NCBI GenBank assembly: GCA_030265395.1
Contig: JARFYF010000017.1
Coordinates: 19,758,970 to 19,822,969, forward strand
From: Rhina ancylostomus
Lineage: Eukaryota
Length of the DNA: 64,000 bases
Reading direction: 5' to 3'
Position numbers and translations under genes: made by a program
Shown here: positions 1 to 11,999 of the stretch, in pieces
Numbering within the stretch: the first letter of the stretch is position 1
How the letters are laid out: each line of letters starts with the position of its first letter
The notes under the pieces: model-generated
The model's database searches: none
Seen by the model: the letters and a program-made list of their open reading frames with translations, nothing else
Told to the model about the DNA's origin: nothing

Positions 1-559
1 TTGGCAGCCTGCCAAGCAGGTACCTGAGTTCCTTGCTCACTGATATTCCCTCCTTTACATGAGCAACCATCCTCCATCCTTCTAAAATCAGTTTAATCAC
101 TTTTCCTTCTCCAAGTACTTCCACAGCTTGAAAGCCTTATTGAACATTATCATTATCAGCCACATCTGAATGCTAGATCTGCACCAAAATAACCTGCAGC
201 CTGGTGTTGGCCCTTCTGACTACCTGGACCAGACAAAACATTGGTGCAGCGTGGTGAGAGTCAAAGTTAAGTTTGACTCTGATCATTTGATTTCTCAGGA
301 GTATTTGGGGCAGTTGACCACGCCACCATCCTCAGCCGTGTTTCTTGCATTCACCAGCTTATAGATGTATATTTGTACGGTTCCATTCTGACATATTGGG
401 ATGCAGCAACACCCATTCAGCAAAGGCCTCTCTTCATTCCTTTGTAGCATCATCACTGGAGCCTGTGGGCCACTCTGCTCAGCCTTTTCTTCATGTCACC
501 TACCAATATCATTAGCAAGCTCAGAATATTCAATCACCTTAATTACACTCTTCGGAACT

Positions 560-765
560 AATATCCTCAGAGATCTTAACCACTCTACTTCACTCTCCAT
601 GTTTAGAAGTCTCAAACCAGCCCATCCCTTCAACCAACCACTTGGTCAACCTTTCCAATCTTTGCCTCAATTTAAAGTCCAATTCATTTTACTGTTCATC
701 TCCCTCTACAATAATCAATATACATCATCATTTTACATTAAAGACACTATATAAATGCAACTTTT
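560..765 (+). mobile_element. Degraded L2 LINE 3' end
   Basis: Ends in TTTTACATTAAAGACACTATATAAATGCAAC, the L2-type 3' tail, preceded by C/T-rich L2 3'-like sequence. More degraded L2-like sequence may extend back towards position 20. Confidence 0.55.
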
Positions 766-3244
766 TTGGTTGGTAAGTTAATAGTTGGTGCCTATTCAAA
801 AGCTGTAATCAATTAACTGAGAAGCATTGAACTTGAAGGTCTTGGTATCTACACAGATGTCTGTCAAGCTGAGGGAAGCATTTTCCTTGTCAATATCTGG
901 TGTCGGTATCAATGATCCCAGCTTGGATACTGAGTAAAGATACTTGCATTCTGTTCCCACTCATGCCTTGATTCTACCTGAAAACAACAAGCCGTTAATG
1001 TGCCAGTGTGGTAGTTTTAATCGCAGTCCCTTCTGCACTCCGGCAACAGTTTCGAGTGAGATCACAAATTATTGTCAATTTAGATGTTGTTTTATCTCCT
1101 TGCACTAGTAACTGGATAATCTTCCTAACCATTTCCCACAGAATGCGTCATTCCACCTGTTTAGAATGAATTTGAATTCCTTTTCCTGAATTCTATATTA
1201 TAAATATCCACAGGCAACTAAATCTATAAAGGGACAACACTGAGTAAATTCTGCAAAGCTCTAATCCTAAAGTGGAGCCTTGCTGGACAGGAGCACAAAT
1301 TGGAGCAATGAAGTATAGTAATATTGGAGCATCTCCAAGCATTGATCCTGTATGGGATGACTTCACGTAAAAGGGAAAAGTTGCTGAATTTACCTTGGCA
1401 TCTTTGGCAATTTTCAGTCAGTTTTCCCTAAGTTGTTTTATATCTGGTTTACCAAGGATGAAGGACAGTGAACATCATGACTTTTATCAGATGTCCATTT
1501 TTCTTCATAGGCTTTGAAATTCATTACCATGGCCCACTTTCATTAGCTTTCATGTGACTGAGGACAGTGATTTGCGTCAATCACCCAGGGTCATGTATTT
1601 ACACCATGTTCAATCTCTTTGCTTAAGGGCTTTTAAGAAAACTCAGATCTATTAAAAAGCTTTTTGCACTGTATTCTATACTGTTTTAATTATATTATTC
1701 ACTTAGCTAATGACATCTCTGCAGTTAAATGATTTTTATGCTATATTCTATATTAGCATCTGATATTGATTTTGCTTCCTCGGGTACACCCTTATGTTCT
1801 GCAAAGTAATAATTATCTCTGCATAAATACTATGCATTCTTTATGTAAATTAGCAATAGGTGCATATTTGTGGAGAATGGTCACTTTCTCCTAAATTGCC
1901 AAATGTTGGCATAACTTTTCAAATAGATAACTACCTACAAAATTTGGAGAGTACCTGTCATGGATGTTAGCGATCCCATGAGTGATGTTTTACCAGTCTT
2001 GGACTAGGGCAGAGTTGAGACTGTGATGTTCTCTGGATTGATTATGAATTAGATAACAAGTCAGATGGGAGCTTAGGACAGTTACCACAGACTGCTGTTT
2101 CAGGACAGTGGTGCTGTCCAACGATGAACTGAGCTACATCAGGCTGGGAACGCAGTAAATCTGGCTGACCTGCATTTAATGGCGTGTAAGGTCTGCACAG
2201 AGTTGTTATCCTGATTTACTCATCTTACCACTGATCGGATAGGGGTTAAATGTCAGTGTGGCCATGTCACAGAGTCAGTGAAACATTAGGAAGGTGGTTT
2301 GAGTTTTGAAACAGTTTCACCTGCATGATTCTAGAAGTGAGCATAGTGTACTCGCTTTAATTGGTATGGCAGTGGTTTCCTAAGCCTTTAATAATTAAAA
2401 GGGAATCAGAATATGACCAAGAAATGCTCAGTATTGATGGTTTTCAAAAGCACAAATAACTGCTAAACGTCACATTATTTACTACAGTAACAAGGTCTGT
2501 ATGCCTCTGAGGGTTAATCATGTGAATAAAAACCAGAAAGTTGCCAATCCATGAACAGTCTTATGAGCATTAGAGCGTCCTTTTGTTTAAAAGGTCATTC
2601 ATAACTTTGCCTTGTTTCTGATGCACTGTCCATGTTATTGATTGATTAATGTATAAAGTGCACAGAATCCATTTGCTCTATGAAAGAGAATAAACTGGAA
2701 TTTGGTCTCTCTTTATTTTCACCTCTCACTAATGTTTGAAGGGCATCATTTTCACTGGCTGGGTTTTGGGATGAAGTCCTGTTTCTGCCAAGTAATGCGT
2801 TCGAAGGAACATTGATTCTCATCAATGTCAGTTGAATTANNNNNNNNNNNNNNNNNNNNNNNNNNNNNNNNNNNNNNNNNNNNNNNNNNNNNNNNNNNNN
2901 NNNNNNNNNNNNNNNNNNNNNNNNNNNNNNNNNNNNNNNNNNNNNNNNNNNNNNNNNNNNNNNNNNNNNNNNNNNNNNNNNNNNNGAAAGGCTTTTAAGA
3001 TCAAAATGGCTTTCTTCTATTAGTGAATCCTTGCATCCTTAACTTGCATGGGTAATGCATTATGTAAGTAACAAAAATGAGCAGAAATTTTTCCAGAAGT
3101 ATTGTTGTTGTCTAACCTCATCATGGGCATACATGAAGTGAGATCAGTCCATTAGTGGTGGTATAAATACAATGCTTTTGACTGATACCAATCCATCCAA
3201 AAACGGCAAACCAAAGGGAAAAGGTAGAATTCTTAATTTTTTAA

Positions 3245-3475
3245 ATTTTATTTACAGCATGGTAACAGGCCCTTGCGGCCCATCAAGTCCACGCCGCCCA
3301 TTTTAAACCCATGTTAACATGTTCTTTGGAATGTGGGAGGGAACCGGAGCTCCCGGATGAAACCCATGCAGACATGGGAGATTGTACAAACTCCTTACAG
3401 ACAGCGACGGGAATTGAACCCCGATTGCTGGCGCTGTAATAGCGTCACGCTAACTGCTATGCTACTATCCCGCCC
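3245..3475 (-). mobile_element. tRNA-derived V-SINE (HE1-like)
   Basis: Minus strand has box A-like TAGCATAGCAGTTAG and box B GGTTCAATTCC, then the V-domain (GGAGTTTGTAC...TGCATGGGTTTC...GCTCCGGTTCCCTCCCACATTCCAAAGA) and a CR1-like tail. Confidence 0.9.
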
Positions 3476-3589
3476 TATTGTAAATTTGTACGTAGCGACA
3501 AATACTGTATATTTGCAATATACAGTATTTGACAAATTGACAAATACTAGTTGTCATTTCCCAAAATTCTGTAGTGTAGAAACTAACTC

Positions 3590-4025
3590 CACCATTTAAG
3601 AAAGGAAATGGGGAACTACAGACCAGTTATCTTGGCATCAACAGTAGGGAACACGCTAGAATCTGTTACTAAAAATGTGGATTTAAGTGTCAGCATGGAA
3701 TTTTGAAAGGTAAATTATGTTTGGTGTATCTGTTAGAATTTTTTGAGCTTGGCGTGATAGAAAAGGGCGAGCCAGTGGATGTGATGTATTTGGACTTTAA
3801 GAAGGCCTTTGATAAGGTACAAGATGTTATCAAACCAAATCTCAAGACTGAGATGAGAAGAAATCTTTTCATTCAGATGATAATGAATCTCTGGCCTTTT
3901 CTATTCAGGAGGGCTGAAGAACCTCAATCTTTGTGTATATTTAAGACAGGGATTGATAGATTTTTGATATTAAGGAAGTGATATAGCAGGCACGAGGGGC
4001 TAGATGTTTCTATTTCACTTATTCT
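3590..4025 (+). mobile_element. CR1 LINE fragment: RT N-terminal part joined by an internal deletion to the 3' end
   Basis: Encodes GNYRPV, QHGI/LKGKLCLVYLLEFFE and VDVMYLDFKKAFDKV (CR1 RT motifs), then jumps to the ORF2 end KTEMRRNLFIQ...FKTGIDRFL. Confidence 0.9.
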
Positions 4026-5026
4026 TATATAATTTTAGTTCAAGTTACATTTTCAAAAGTTTCAGACAACTTAGTCCAGTCTGAAATTCAGCACTCTAAA
4101 CAGACATCAAGGAGATTTTATTGCTGTTTGTCACAAGTTTGGAAAAGTTCAAGAAAAAGTGTTTTTGAGTACTTATTTTAGTGAATATGCTTACTGCGTT
4201 TGTAGTCTAGATACTACAAATCATCCAACAAGACGTGACATGTCAAATTCAGTAACTGAATCATGCTAATCAGTTGCTAAAACTGTTTTGCTAGTACTCA
4301 GACAGGATGCATATACATCCAGCCAACTCTACTGAAAAGATTTGACTTTGGTAGTTATCTTTTCAAAAGAAAAAGTTACTTCATGTATCAGTACTGTTTA
4401 TAATATTCAACTGAAGCAAAACCAGTTTTCCATTTTGATCAGAGCCTTTGTCATGAAGTCAGTTTAGCTTTTCGAATTGGATGTTGAAGAGGAAGGAAGA
4501 AGGTGTGTGCATGGGGGGTAAAGGAATTCTGGCTTACCTTGAATGAAAGGATGAGCTAGGGTGTTGCAGTGCAACCACTGTAAAGGAATATTGGTCACAT
4601 TTAAGGTCATGCTTATCAATGAAAACTAAGGACTGTGTTGAGGACAGTAAGATGCAAATACTGCAAATGTGAAGTCTTGCTTAGGATCAAGAGTCATTTA
4701 TTCCAATGCAACAATTGTGTCATAGACTTTTAATGACAAAATTTCAAAATGCATTTCATGATTACACACATATTATAACTGAGGATCATGGCATAAACTG
4801 TGATCATTTGCATTGTATTAAAGGTAACTATTTGATAGGTTTAGTTTGGAACCAATTAATAGCAAGGCATAATAATTATAAAAGAGGTATGAAATAATAT
4901 AGTTAATGTTAAGTGTTGCAGGCTACTCAGCTGAGCTGTTGCTTGAACTTTCAATCGTCATACTTCTGAAGTATCTAACTCAAACAGCAATAAAGCCAAT
5001 TGACCCACATGCATGGACTACACTGA

Positions 5027-5103
5027 ACAAAAATCAGAAGACAGCGGATGCAGGAAATACGAACTAAAATCAGAAAATGCTGGAAATACTCAACAGGTCA
5101 GGT
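5027..5103 (+). repeat. Penelope-type terminal repeat fragment (common chondrichthyan repeat)
   Basis: GATGCAGGAAAT...AGAAAATGCTGGAAATACTCAACAGGTCAGG motif, recurring at about 10090, 11890 and 49340 in this window. Confidence 0.6.
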
Positions 5104-6324
5104 GCTGAAAACTCCCAGTTCAATTGTTCACAATTCATGTGAGGGACCCAAAATGGTGTCTCTCAAAAAACTTATATGAAGGAATTTATTGCTACTATTG
5201 ATTATATTAAAGCAACACCCCTTTCAACAGACTTGGGGAAGCATTTTTTTCCATATGAACCCATCCGGATACTGATTTTGCAATAGATTTTTAGTGCATT
5301 ATTAAATGATGCATCTTATATACATTGATTTAACTCCACTTACATCCTTGTGCTGGCTTTCCTGAAAAGTGTCATCCAGTATGGTCCTAGTTCTCACTCA
5401 ATGGAATGTCATAGCACAGAGCCATCTGTAGTTTAATACAGCGAGACTGGTGTGGGCTTGGGTCTCAGTCACTAAGCTTCAGGGAGATGGTGGGATATGG
5501 AATTTACTTAATCGTCATTGAACATGAGAGAAGAATTTCCCAGAACTTGACTTTTCTTCAAGTGATGTTTTCTTCATTCCTACATTATTGTTACTGTGTT
5601 CCTGTTCACAGCAGCTTCTTTTGTACTTCTGTGCAGTGCAAATTTCCTTCTTCCTCGTATGATATATGGCATTAATCGTAATCTTACTTGAGCACAATGC
5701 CACTGTTTAAATCATGTGCATTTTCAAATCGCCCAACAGAATTTCTGAGCATTGAATCCCAGTATGACTTAGCAATTTGTCTACTGGATTTGTGACAACA
5801 TCTTTTGTTGAATGGGTGCCCTACTTCTACAAACAGTTTAGTAGCTGTCCTTGTGGAAAATGGGGTCTGGAAATTCAACTGTGTAATACTTTTTTCGGTA
5901 TTATGCAATAGAAAATCAAATTTTCCAAGAGTAAAATATGATAACTATCATTTCCAGGCCACTTTGTGTCAGTCTGGAAAGTTGACAGGGCATGTCCCAA
6001 AGTGAGTAGTACTTGCTAAAAGTGAAGCATTTCCAGCACTGGACACACGCTGAATGACGCCACTCTTTGTGCAACCTAGTTTTTTCAGTTTTAGTGGGTG
6101 CAATTCAGTCAGTTTTTCCAAAACACCTCTGCTGTGACCAATCATAGACCAATCATGGTTTCAATACTTAATACTTAATTTGCTCTACTGCTGTGCAATT
6201 TAAAGGAATGTCCATGCTTTTACTTGCAACTTTCGATTCTAATGCGTGTTGATTCTAAAGCCTGCTCCCTGTCAACATTGAAATTTTTACAAATCTCTAC
6301 TGGCATTTAAGAGTTTCAGCCTTC

Positions 6325-6677
6325 TCTATTCAAATTGTTGCCAACCACAAGTGGAATTTCTGCAGGATTAATGCAAATTATCCTGGGAGCTTGCATAACT
6401 CCCTCATTCCTTGACAATCACAGCTCCAGTCATCTCCTGATGGATGGATGGATGCTGGGGGGATGAGGGTCATCTGTAGTTTATGTGCCTTTTCATCCCT
6501 GTGTGTTCTGCTGCTGAGCACCACTGTAACAAAAACCATGGCATCGCCAAGGACTGAGGAGAGATTGCTAGTGAATTCCTCAAAATGAGATATTACTGTC
6601 CACACCACTGTGGGAATGCACACTAGACAAGTTCTTCCACTTTGTCATTCTCTGTTGCTTACTGGACAACATAACAA
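6325..6677 (+). pseudogene. Harbinger (HARBI1-like) DDE transposase remnant with stops and frameshifts
   Basis: Hand translation: SIQIVANH..INANYPGSLHNSLIP*QS / GWMLG / DEGHL*..LFIPV..AAEHHCNKNHGIAK..LKMRYYCPHHCGNA / HFVILCCLLDNI. This is colinear with the Harbinger motifs YPGSxHD, GWLLGDxGY, AExxYNxAH, LKMRFRCL and CCxLHN. Confidence 0.85.
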
Positions 6678-6926
6678 GCTTGGCAAAGAGTCCTTGCCCA
6701 GAGTTTTCAGCAAGAGAAGGAATAGCAGGAAGGGGACAGTGAAGGGGGGCTGAGACACCATCAGTAGCACCTACAACAAAGATCACTGGAATGACAGGTG
6801 GAAAAGAACAGAGGTGAAACCTGAACGTGCATCAGTGTCACCCTGTGTGCCACAGATTCTCATTAGGTACAAAGGTCAGCTGATTCCAGGCCTCTCCTCG
6901 ATATCTGCCACCACAATGGATATCTT

Positions 6927-7297
6927 TTCTTTTTCAATCTTTTTATTGGTTTTCAAATCAATACAAATGGTATATGGCATCAAAGTTTGTACATATCTTA
7001 CAAAGAGATCTGGTTANNNNNNNNNNNNNNNNNNNNNNNNNNNNNNNNNNNNNNNNNNNNNNNNNNNNNNNNNNNNNNNNNNNNNNNNNNNNNNNNNNNN
7101 NNNNNNNNNNNNNNNNCAATCATACGGTTAGCGGAAGCAGATAAATGGCCAGATTCAATCCTTGGTAATCTGAAAATTGCAGTAATAGGGTGCAGTTGTA
7201 AATCAATCTTCAATACATTTGAAATAATGTTAAAAATATCTTTCCAGTACTGTTCCAAAAGAGGACAGGACCAAAACGTGTGTCAAAGAGGCTAACT
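6927..7297 (-). mobile_element. 5'-truncated L1-clade LINE inserted in the Harbinger relic, 8-bp TSD GATATCTT
   Basis: Minus strand encodes ASLTH/FWSCPLLEQYWKDIFNIISNVLKIDLQLHPITAIF (L1 ORF2p C-terminus, end of the CCHC knuckle) and ends in AATAAAAAGATTGAAAAAGAAA. GATATCTT is repeated at 6919-6926 and 7298-7305. Spans an N-gap. Confidence 0.85.
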
Positions 7298-8011
7298 GAT
7301 ATCTTACTCTGATAATAGAAAGACCTTGACCTCACCTCAAAGAATCTGCAGTATTCTTGCATTCTCCACACAAAAATGAGCCACTGAATTATATTCTTGA
7401 AATTGAAGAAGTGCTTATTAGTTGAGAACAAGTTTTACCTCTCCAACATGTAACGTGTCAAGCATACGATAACATCAACCTTTGCAATAAAAAAACAAGG
7501 TGTGTTATTTGCCTCAGTATCACATCAAGCCATTATATCCCTTTTGTGATAGCTGTGAGCAGTGTATTCCCCTCCGGTCAGTCTTACAGGCCAGGAGGAC
7601 TACCTCTTCCTATCTGGAGTTATAGGTAATGGTCACATGTAACCTCGGCATGTAAGATAGGAAGCATATTCTTGAGGTGTTCCTATGACATGACTTAGTC
7701 ACCTTAGTTGATGACTGAGTGTATTATTCCCTATCTGTAAGTATGGCAGGATGGAGAGGTGACACTGTCTGACTGTCATTGAGTGAATTGGAGAGATAGT
7801 AGATTCCTGAATGACAGGAGTAAAAGTAACTTACAAACCAGAGTGGTTGTGTAAATTTCTTACCAGTACAGTTGTGTCACAAACCTAGCTTCAGCTTCTG
7901 TCCTACCACTACACCATACTGCCTTCTTTAAACTCTGCTGAGTGGCCAATGCGTTGAGGCTAAGGAAACATACCAGTGGCAAGCGAGTCGTGCAGCAGTC
8001 TCGTCTTCATA

Positions 8012-8185
8012 TCTTGTGAGGGCATTATACTTCTTCCTACATTGCACCATGTTTTGGGACTTGTGACTCCTGTCAGTGATGTCCCCTGTTGCCCTAGCCA
8101 GCCCTTCTGGCACAGAGACCATATTCTCCTGGAGTGGATTCCCTCAATAAAATTTCAAGGTCTTGATTTGTCAATCAGGGGACTC
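8012..8185 (-). pseudogene. Harbinger Myb/SANT-like (trihelix) DNA-binding protein remnant
   Basis: Minus strand gives P*LTNQDLEILL ... VQCRKKYNALTR, matching the PRFSDxxLExLL ... QCRKKxNDLxR pattern of Harbinger accessory proteins. Confidence 0.75.
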
Positions 8186-8979
8186 ACTGCCTCCCTTCTC
8201 TAGTATCTGCCTTATACACCCCATTTTCAACTAGTAGCACAGTGGTGTGATACATATTGTATGGGTTTCTATTCTAGGTCTGGAGATCTGAAGTCAGAGT
8301 TCCATGGCTAAGTATAGGCAAACATGCAAAATTGTACTAAACATTTCCATTTGGGCAGAACAGTTTACATGTGAAAAAACAAACATGCCTTTGTGATTGC
8401 ATGTAATTGCAATCCTTTGACAATTTTGAAAGTGTTGGTGCTCCACTTTTGGAGCAGATGAATTTCTGACTCTATCAGAGGCAGGTGGCTGAAACTTTAT
8501 TTCTTGAAATTCTCCGGACCATTGTTTAAAAAAAATAATTGCACACTTTAATGAGGCTTTCAGCATTTGTACTAGTTAAGTGGTTCGTTAGCTGTTCGAA
8601 GAGAATCATTATTTGTGGAGTATCACAATTGGTTAGATCTTTAGCACTTGCATATTTATGCTAGTTGCAGTGCCTGCCGTTTTGTTTTAAGGTCATGAAA
8701 AAAAAACCTTCAAGAAAGGGGCATCATGCACTTCTCTTAAAGCAAATGTTAAAACATAGCAGCCTGGACTGAAACTGAAAGGTGAGGCATAAGGGTTAGT
8801 TTTGAGCAGAAAGTCATTGGCAATTTGTGCTTGAATTTCTTGTATGTTCCACACTGACAGTCACAAAGGTTATTAGAATTAAAGAGGACCTACAAAATTG
8901 GAATTGTGTATGAGAGTGGTTGGCACCGGGAGGAAAAAGGACAAGTTCTTTTTTTGAGTAAAATCTCACAGAAAGACTG

Positions 8980-9068
8980 AGTTCTAATGAAGAGTTGCCA
9001 TTAACTTGTCCTTCTCTGAGATGTTGACAAACCTATGTATTTACAGTACTTCCTACATTAATCTCAGA
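8980..9068 (-). repeat. Degraded Penelope-type terminal repeat fragment
   Basis: GTTCTAATGAAGAGT..TTAACTTGTCCTTCTCTGAGATGTTGAC..TATTTACAGTACTTCCT is a decayed reverse complement of the repeat at 10087. Confidence 0.4.
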
Positions 9069-10086
9069 GCTTTTAATCAAAACAGATCAATACTAAAAAT
9101 TGATAATATGAAAAGTAGCAGAGTAAACAACAAATATTAAATTTGAAAATCATCAATGTTTATGCTGATCTGTAAATGGCTGACAAGAGTTATTCTCGCT
9201 TCTACTCCTGAGGCAGGAATGAGCAAGGCACAAGTCAGGGCATTTCAACAATTTTTGCAAGTGATAGAATGGTGTACAATGTCTGAAATGTGCAAGCGAG
9301 CATTGTGAAATTACTTCTATATTTTTAAACTGCACCTTTAAATTCAGCTCTCATGTCATTATACTTGGCTGCTGTTAACTGTCAGCAATCCAGATGACAC
9401 CATTTAAATGTACAATTTATTCATGTTGGGGAACTCTTCCTCTCCATTTTCACCATTATTTTCAGTGTAATACAAGAAAGGAAGACCCTCCAGAATGGAA
9501 TTCCTTTGTTTACTGATGTTTTTACATTGAGCTGGAAGTTCATCCACTTCCCATCAGATCATGCCTTAAGGTTAAAATCTTTAAGATGTTTTCTGTAAAT
9601 CTTGGAAAACGAACGTCGCCTTGTGAACATTGATTGTTATTTTTCCACTCGCCTGACTCATTTTAAGTCACTGCTGGCAAGTGAGTGAGCCTTTGCTGCT
9701 GCATTCTGACACATCGTTTTTTTGAACTTCTGGTTTAGATTAAAAATATTACCATTAACACTTAAATTAAGCAAAGAATAATAGGTATCTGGGAGTGATT
9801 ATGAGGCTGTAATATAAACGAAGGGTTCAGATGACATCATAAACTGCAAAAGTGAAGTTTGAGCAATTTACAACCAACTTCTAACCCTGATTAAATTATG
9901 TACTTGAAATTTCTAATTGCTATGTGTTGTTTGTGCATTAAGGGACAGAGTACTAGTTTGTTTCTGGCCATCTGTTGAAGGGGTAGCATTCAATTGCATG
10001 ACCAAAAACTGCAGGTCGTTTAAACTGATTGAGTGAGGTGACTCTGGCTGGTTACATTATTCACCTTTGATAATTTGAGTTTTATA

Positions 10087-10285
10087 ATAAAAACAGAAAA
10101 TGCTGAAAACACTCAGCCGGTCAGCCAGGATCTGTGGAAAGAGAGACTATTAACATTTCAGTTTGAAGACCCTTCATCAGAATTGGGAAAGAGAAATAAA
10201 AATAGTTAGTTTTAAGCTGCAAAGAAAGTTTTGGGAGAGATGCGTAAAATGAAAAGTATATCTATGATTGGGTGAGGCTGGGGTT
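10087..10285 (+). repeat. Penelope-type terminal repeat fragment
   Basis: AAAACAGAAAATGCTGAAAACACTCAGCCGGTCAGCCAGGATCTGTGGAAAGAG..TTAACATTTCAG..ACCCTTCATCAGAATTGGGAAAG. Confidence 0.7.
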
Positions 10286-11884
10286 GCCATGGGAATGAAT
10301 TGTACAGATTGTCCATTGAAAGTTTTATGCTGTATACTAATTTTTTAAAAGTAATATCAGTGCACTGGTAGAGAGGATTTCTGTTTCCAGATATTGGTTG
10401 ATTTCTTACTTTAAACATACATAAATATTTTGTAAAATAATATGTCTAGAAACATACATACTTGTGTAACATGGGCAACAGAGAATTTCAAATTGCAGTG
10501 GAACTCTGGCAGGATATGTTTTATTTGTCCTGACAATTGAATATGATTTTAAACGTTTAAAAAAATGTAAATCACTGTATTTTGTTTTATATACATTTTT
10601 GAGATCAGATCAATTCAAGGAGAAGCTGCAACTTAAAAAAAAATGTAAATTTTGGATGTTCTGTGATGACATGTACTAATCTATGCTTTGTTGATCTTCA
10701 CACTGTCCAAGGAGAGAATGTCAAACAACAATGTCAGTAGCTTGGTATAAACATTGTCATCAGCTGATTCAACCATTACACAACAGTTAAAAGAGTTTAA
10801 AGCAGTCCCTGTTACTTTCCCCCTCTGCACTGCTTCCTGATTAAAGCTTTTTGGAAAATGAATTTTAATCAAGACCCTGACCTGTGCAGCTTTCAAGGCA
10901 GCACTCGCTAAAAATAGGGAAAACAAATAAGCAGTCTCTGCCCAAAGCGGCAACAAAATGATTCATTTCTCTGCTGTCAGCAAATCTGAATAAGTATGTG
11001 ACACTGGGCTCATTCCAACACTGCGCCTCTCACTGCTCTTCCCTGGACTGCTTTCTGTAGATTATAATTAAAAAGTTTCAAGTCTCTACATCTGGCCAGT
11101 AAACTGGCTTAGGTTCCCTGAATGGTGACAGTGACCTTTTCTGCAAACTTAGTTAGATATATAATCTGCACTGTTTTCCATTAACTAGAAACTTAAGGCA
11201 GAATCTGATTATTTTGGATTTTCCCCCTCTTTTTAATTGTTTTACAGCCATAACTGACATGCGGTGTGTTTTCATGCAACAGTTCCCATAAAGTGACATT
11301 TTATTTGGTGCCAGTTTTTATTAGGAACATACAGACTACTGCTGTTAATTAAAGATTGCTTAAATCAAAATTACTGCCTAATTCAATTTTTTTTCAGTTT
11401 CCTTAATGCGATCCTACAGCTAATAGCTCTGTGTTCCCGTTCCTAACAGGAATTAATCGATTCTTGTGCTTTAAGAACCTGCCGTGGTTTTCTGATCTAC
11501 CATCCTCTGGTAGATTGTTTCACACTGGTACTCATTACCAAACAAAAAAGTTGCTTGCATTTTCTATATTCTTTTGGCTTTCTTATATTTAAACTCTTTC
11601 CTTGCCTCTGTTCATTTGCCCAGAGTTTTTCTGGACTAAATCTGTTGTACCTTTGAAAATCGGCAGTCTTTTCCCCAGAGAGTGAAGTGCCAGAGTAAGC
11701 AATATTTCCAGGAAACTCAGTCTCTAAATGCCTGAATCTATCTTGCAATGTTCTTTTAATTCTCCAATAGAATCAATCTCATCCACCTGATGCATCTTAC
11801 AAAGGCCAGGTACAACTTCATAATCATATCCTTCGGTTTAGTTTGCCATCACGCTGTACTGTGCAATCTGATATTTTAGGTGGA

Positions 11885-11980
11885 GCAAAAAACTGCAGAT
11901 ACTGGAAATCCAAAGCAAAAACAGAAAATCCCAAAAGCATTCAGCAGGTCAGGCAGCATCCATGGGGAGAGAAATGACAA
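11885..11980 (+). repeat. Penelope-type terminal repeat fragment
   Basis: AAAAACTGCAGATACTGGAAATC..ACAGAAAAT..CATTCAGCAGGTCAGGCAGCATCCATGGGGAGAGAAA. Confidence 0.7.
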
Positions 11981-11999
11981 TTTACTTACAAATCTTTAT

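Larger units (their letters stand above)
6010..8460. mobile_element. Fossil PIF/Harbinger DNA transposon (transposase and Myb/SANT genes, convergent); ends approximate
   Basis: Contains both diagnostic ORF remnants listed separately. Weak inverted similarity between 6011-6040 (CTTGCTAAAAGTGAAGCATTTCCAGCACT) and 8431-8457 may mark subterminal repeats. Confidence 0.75.
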
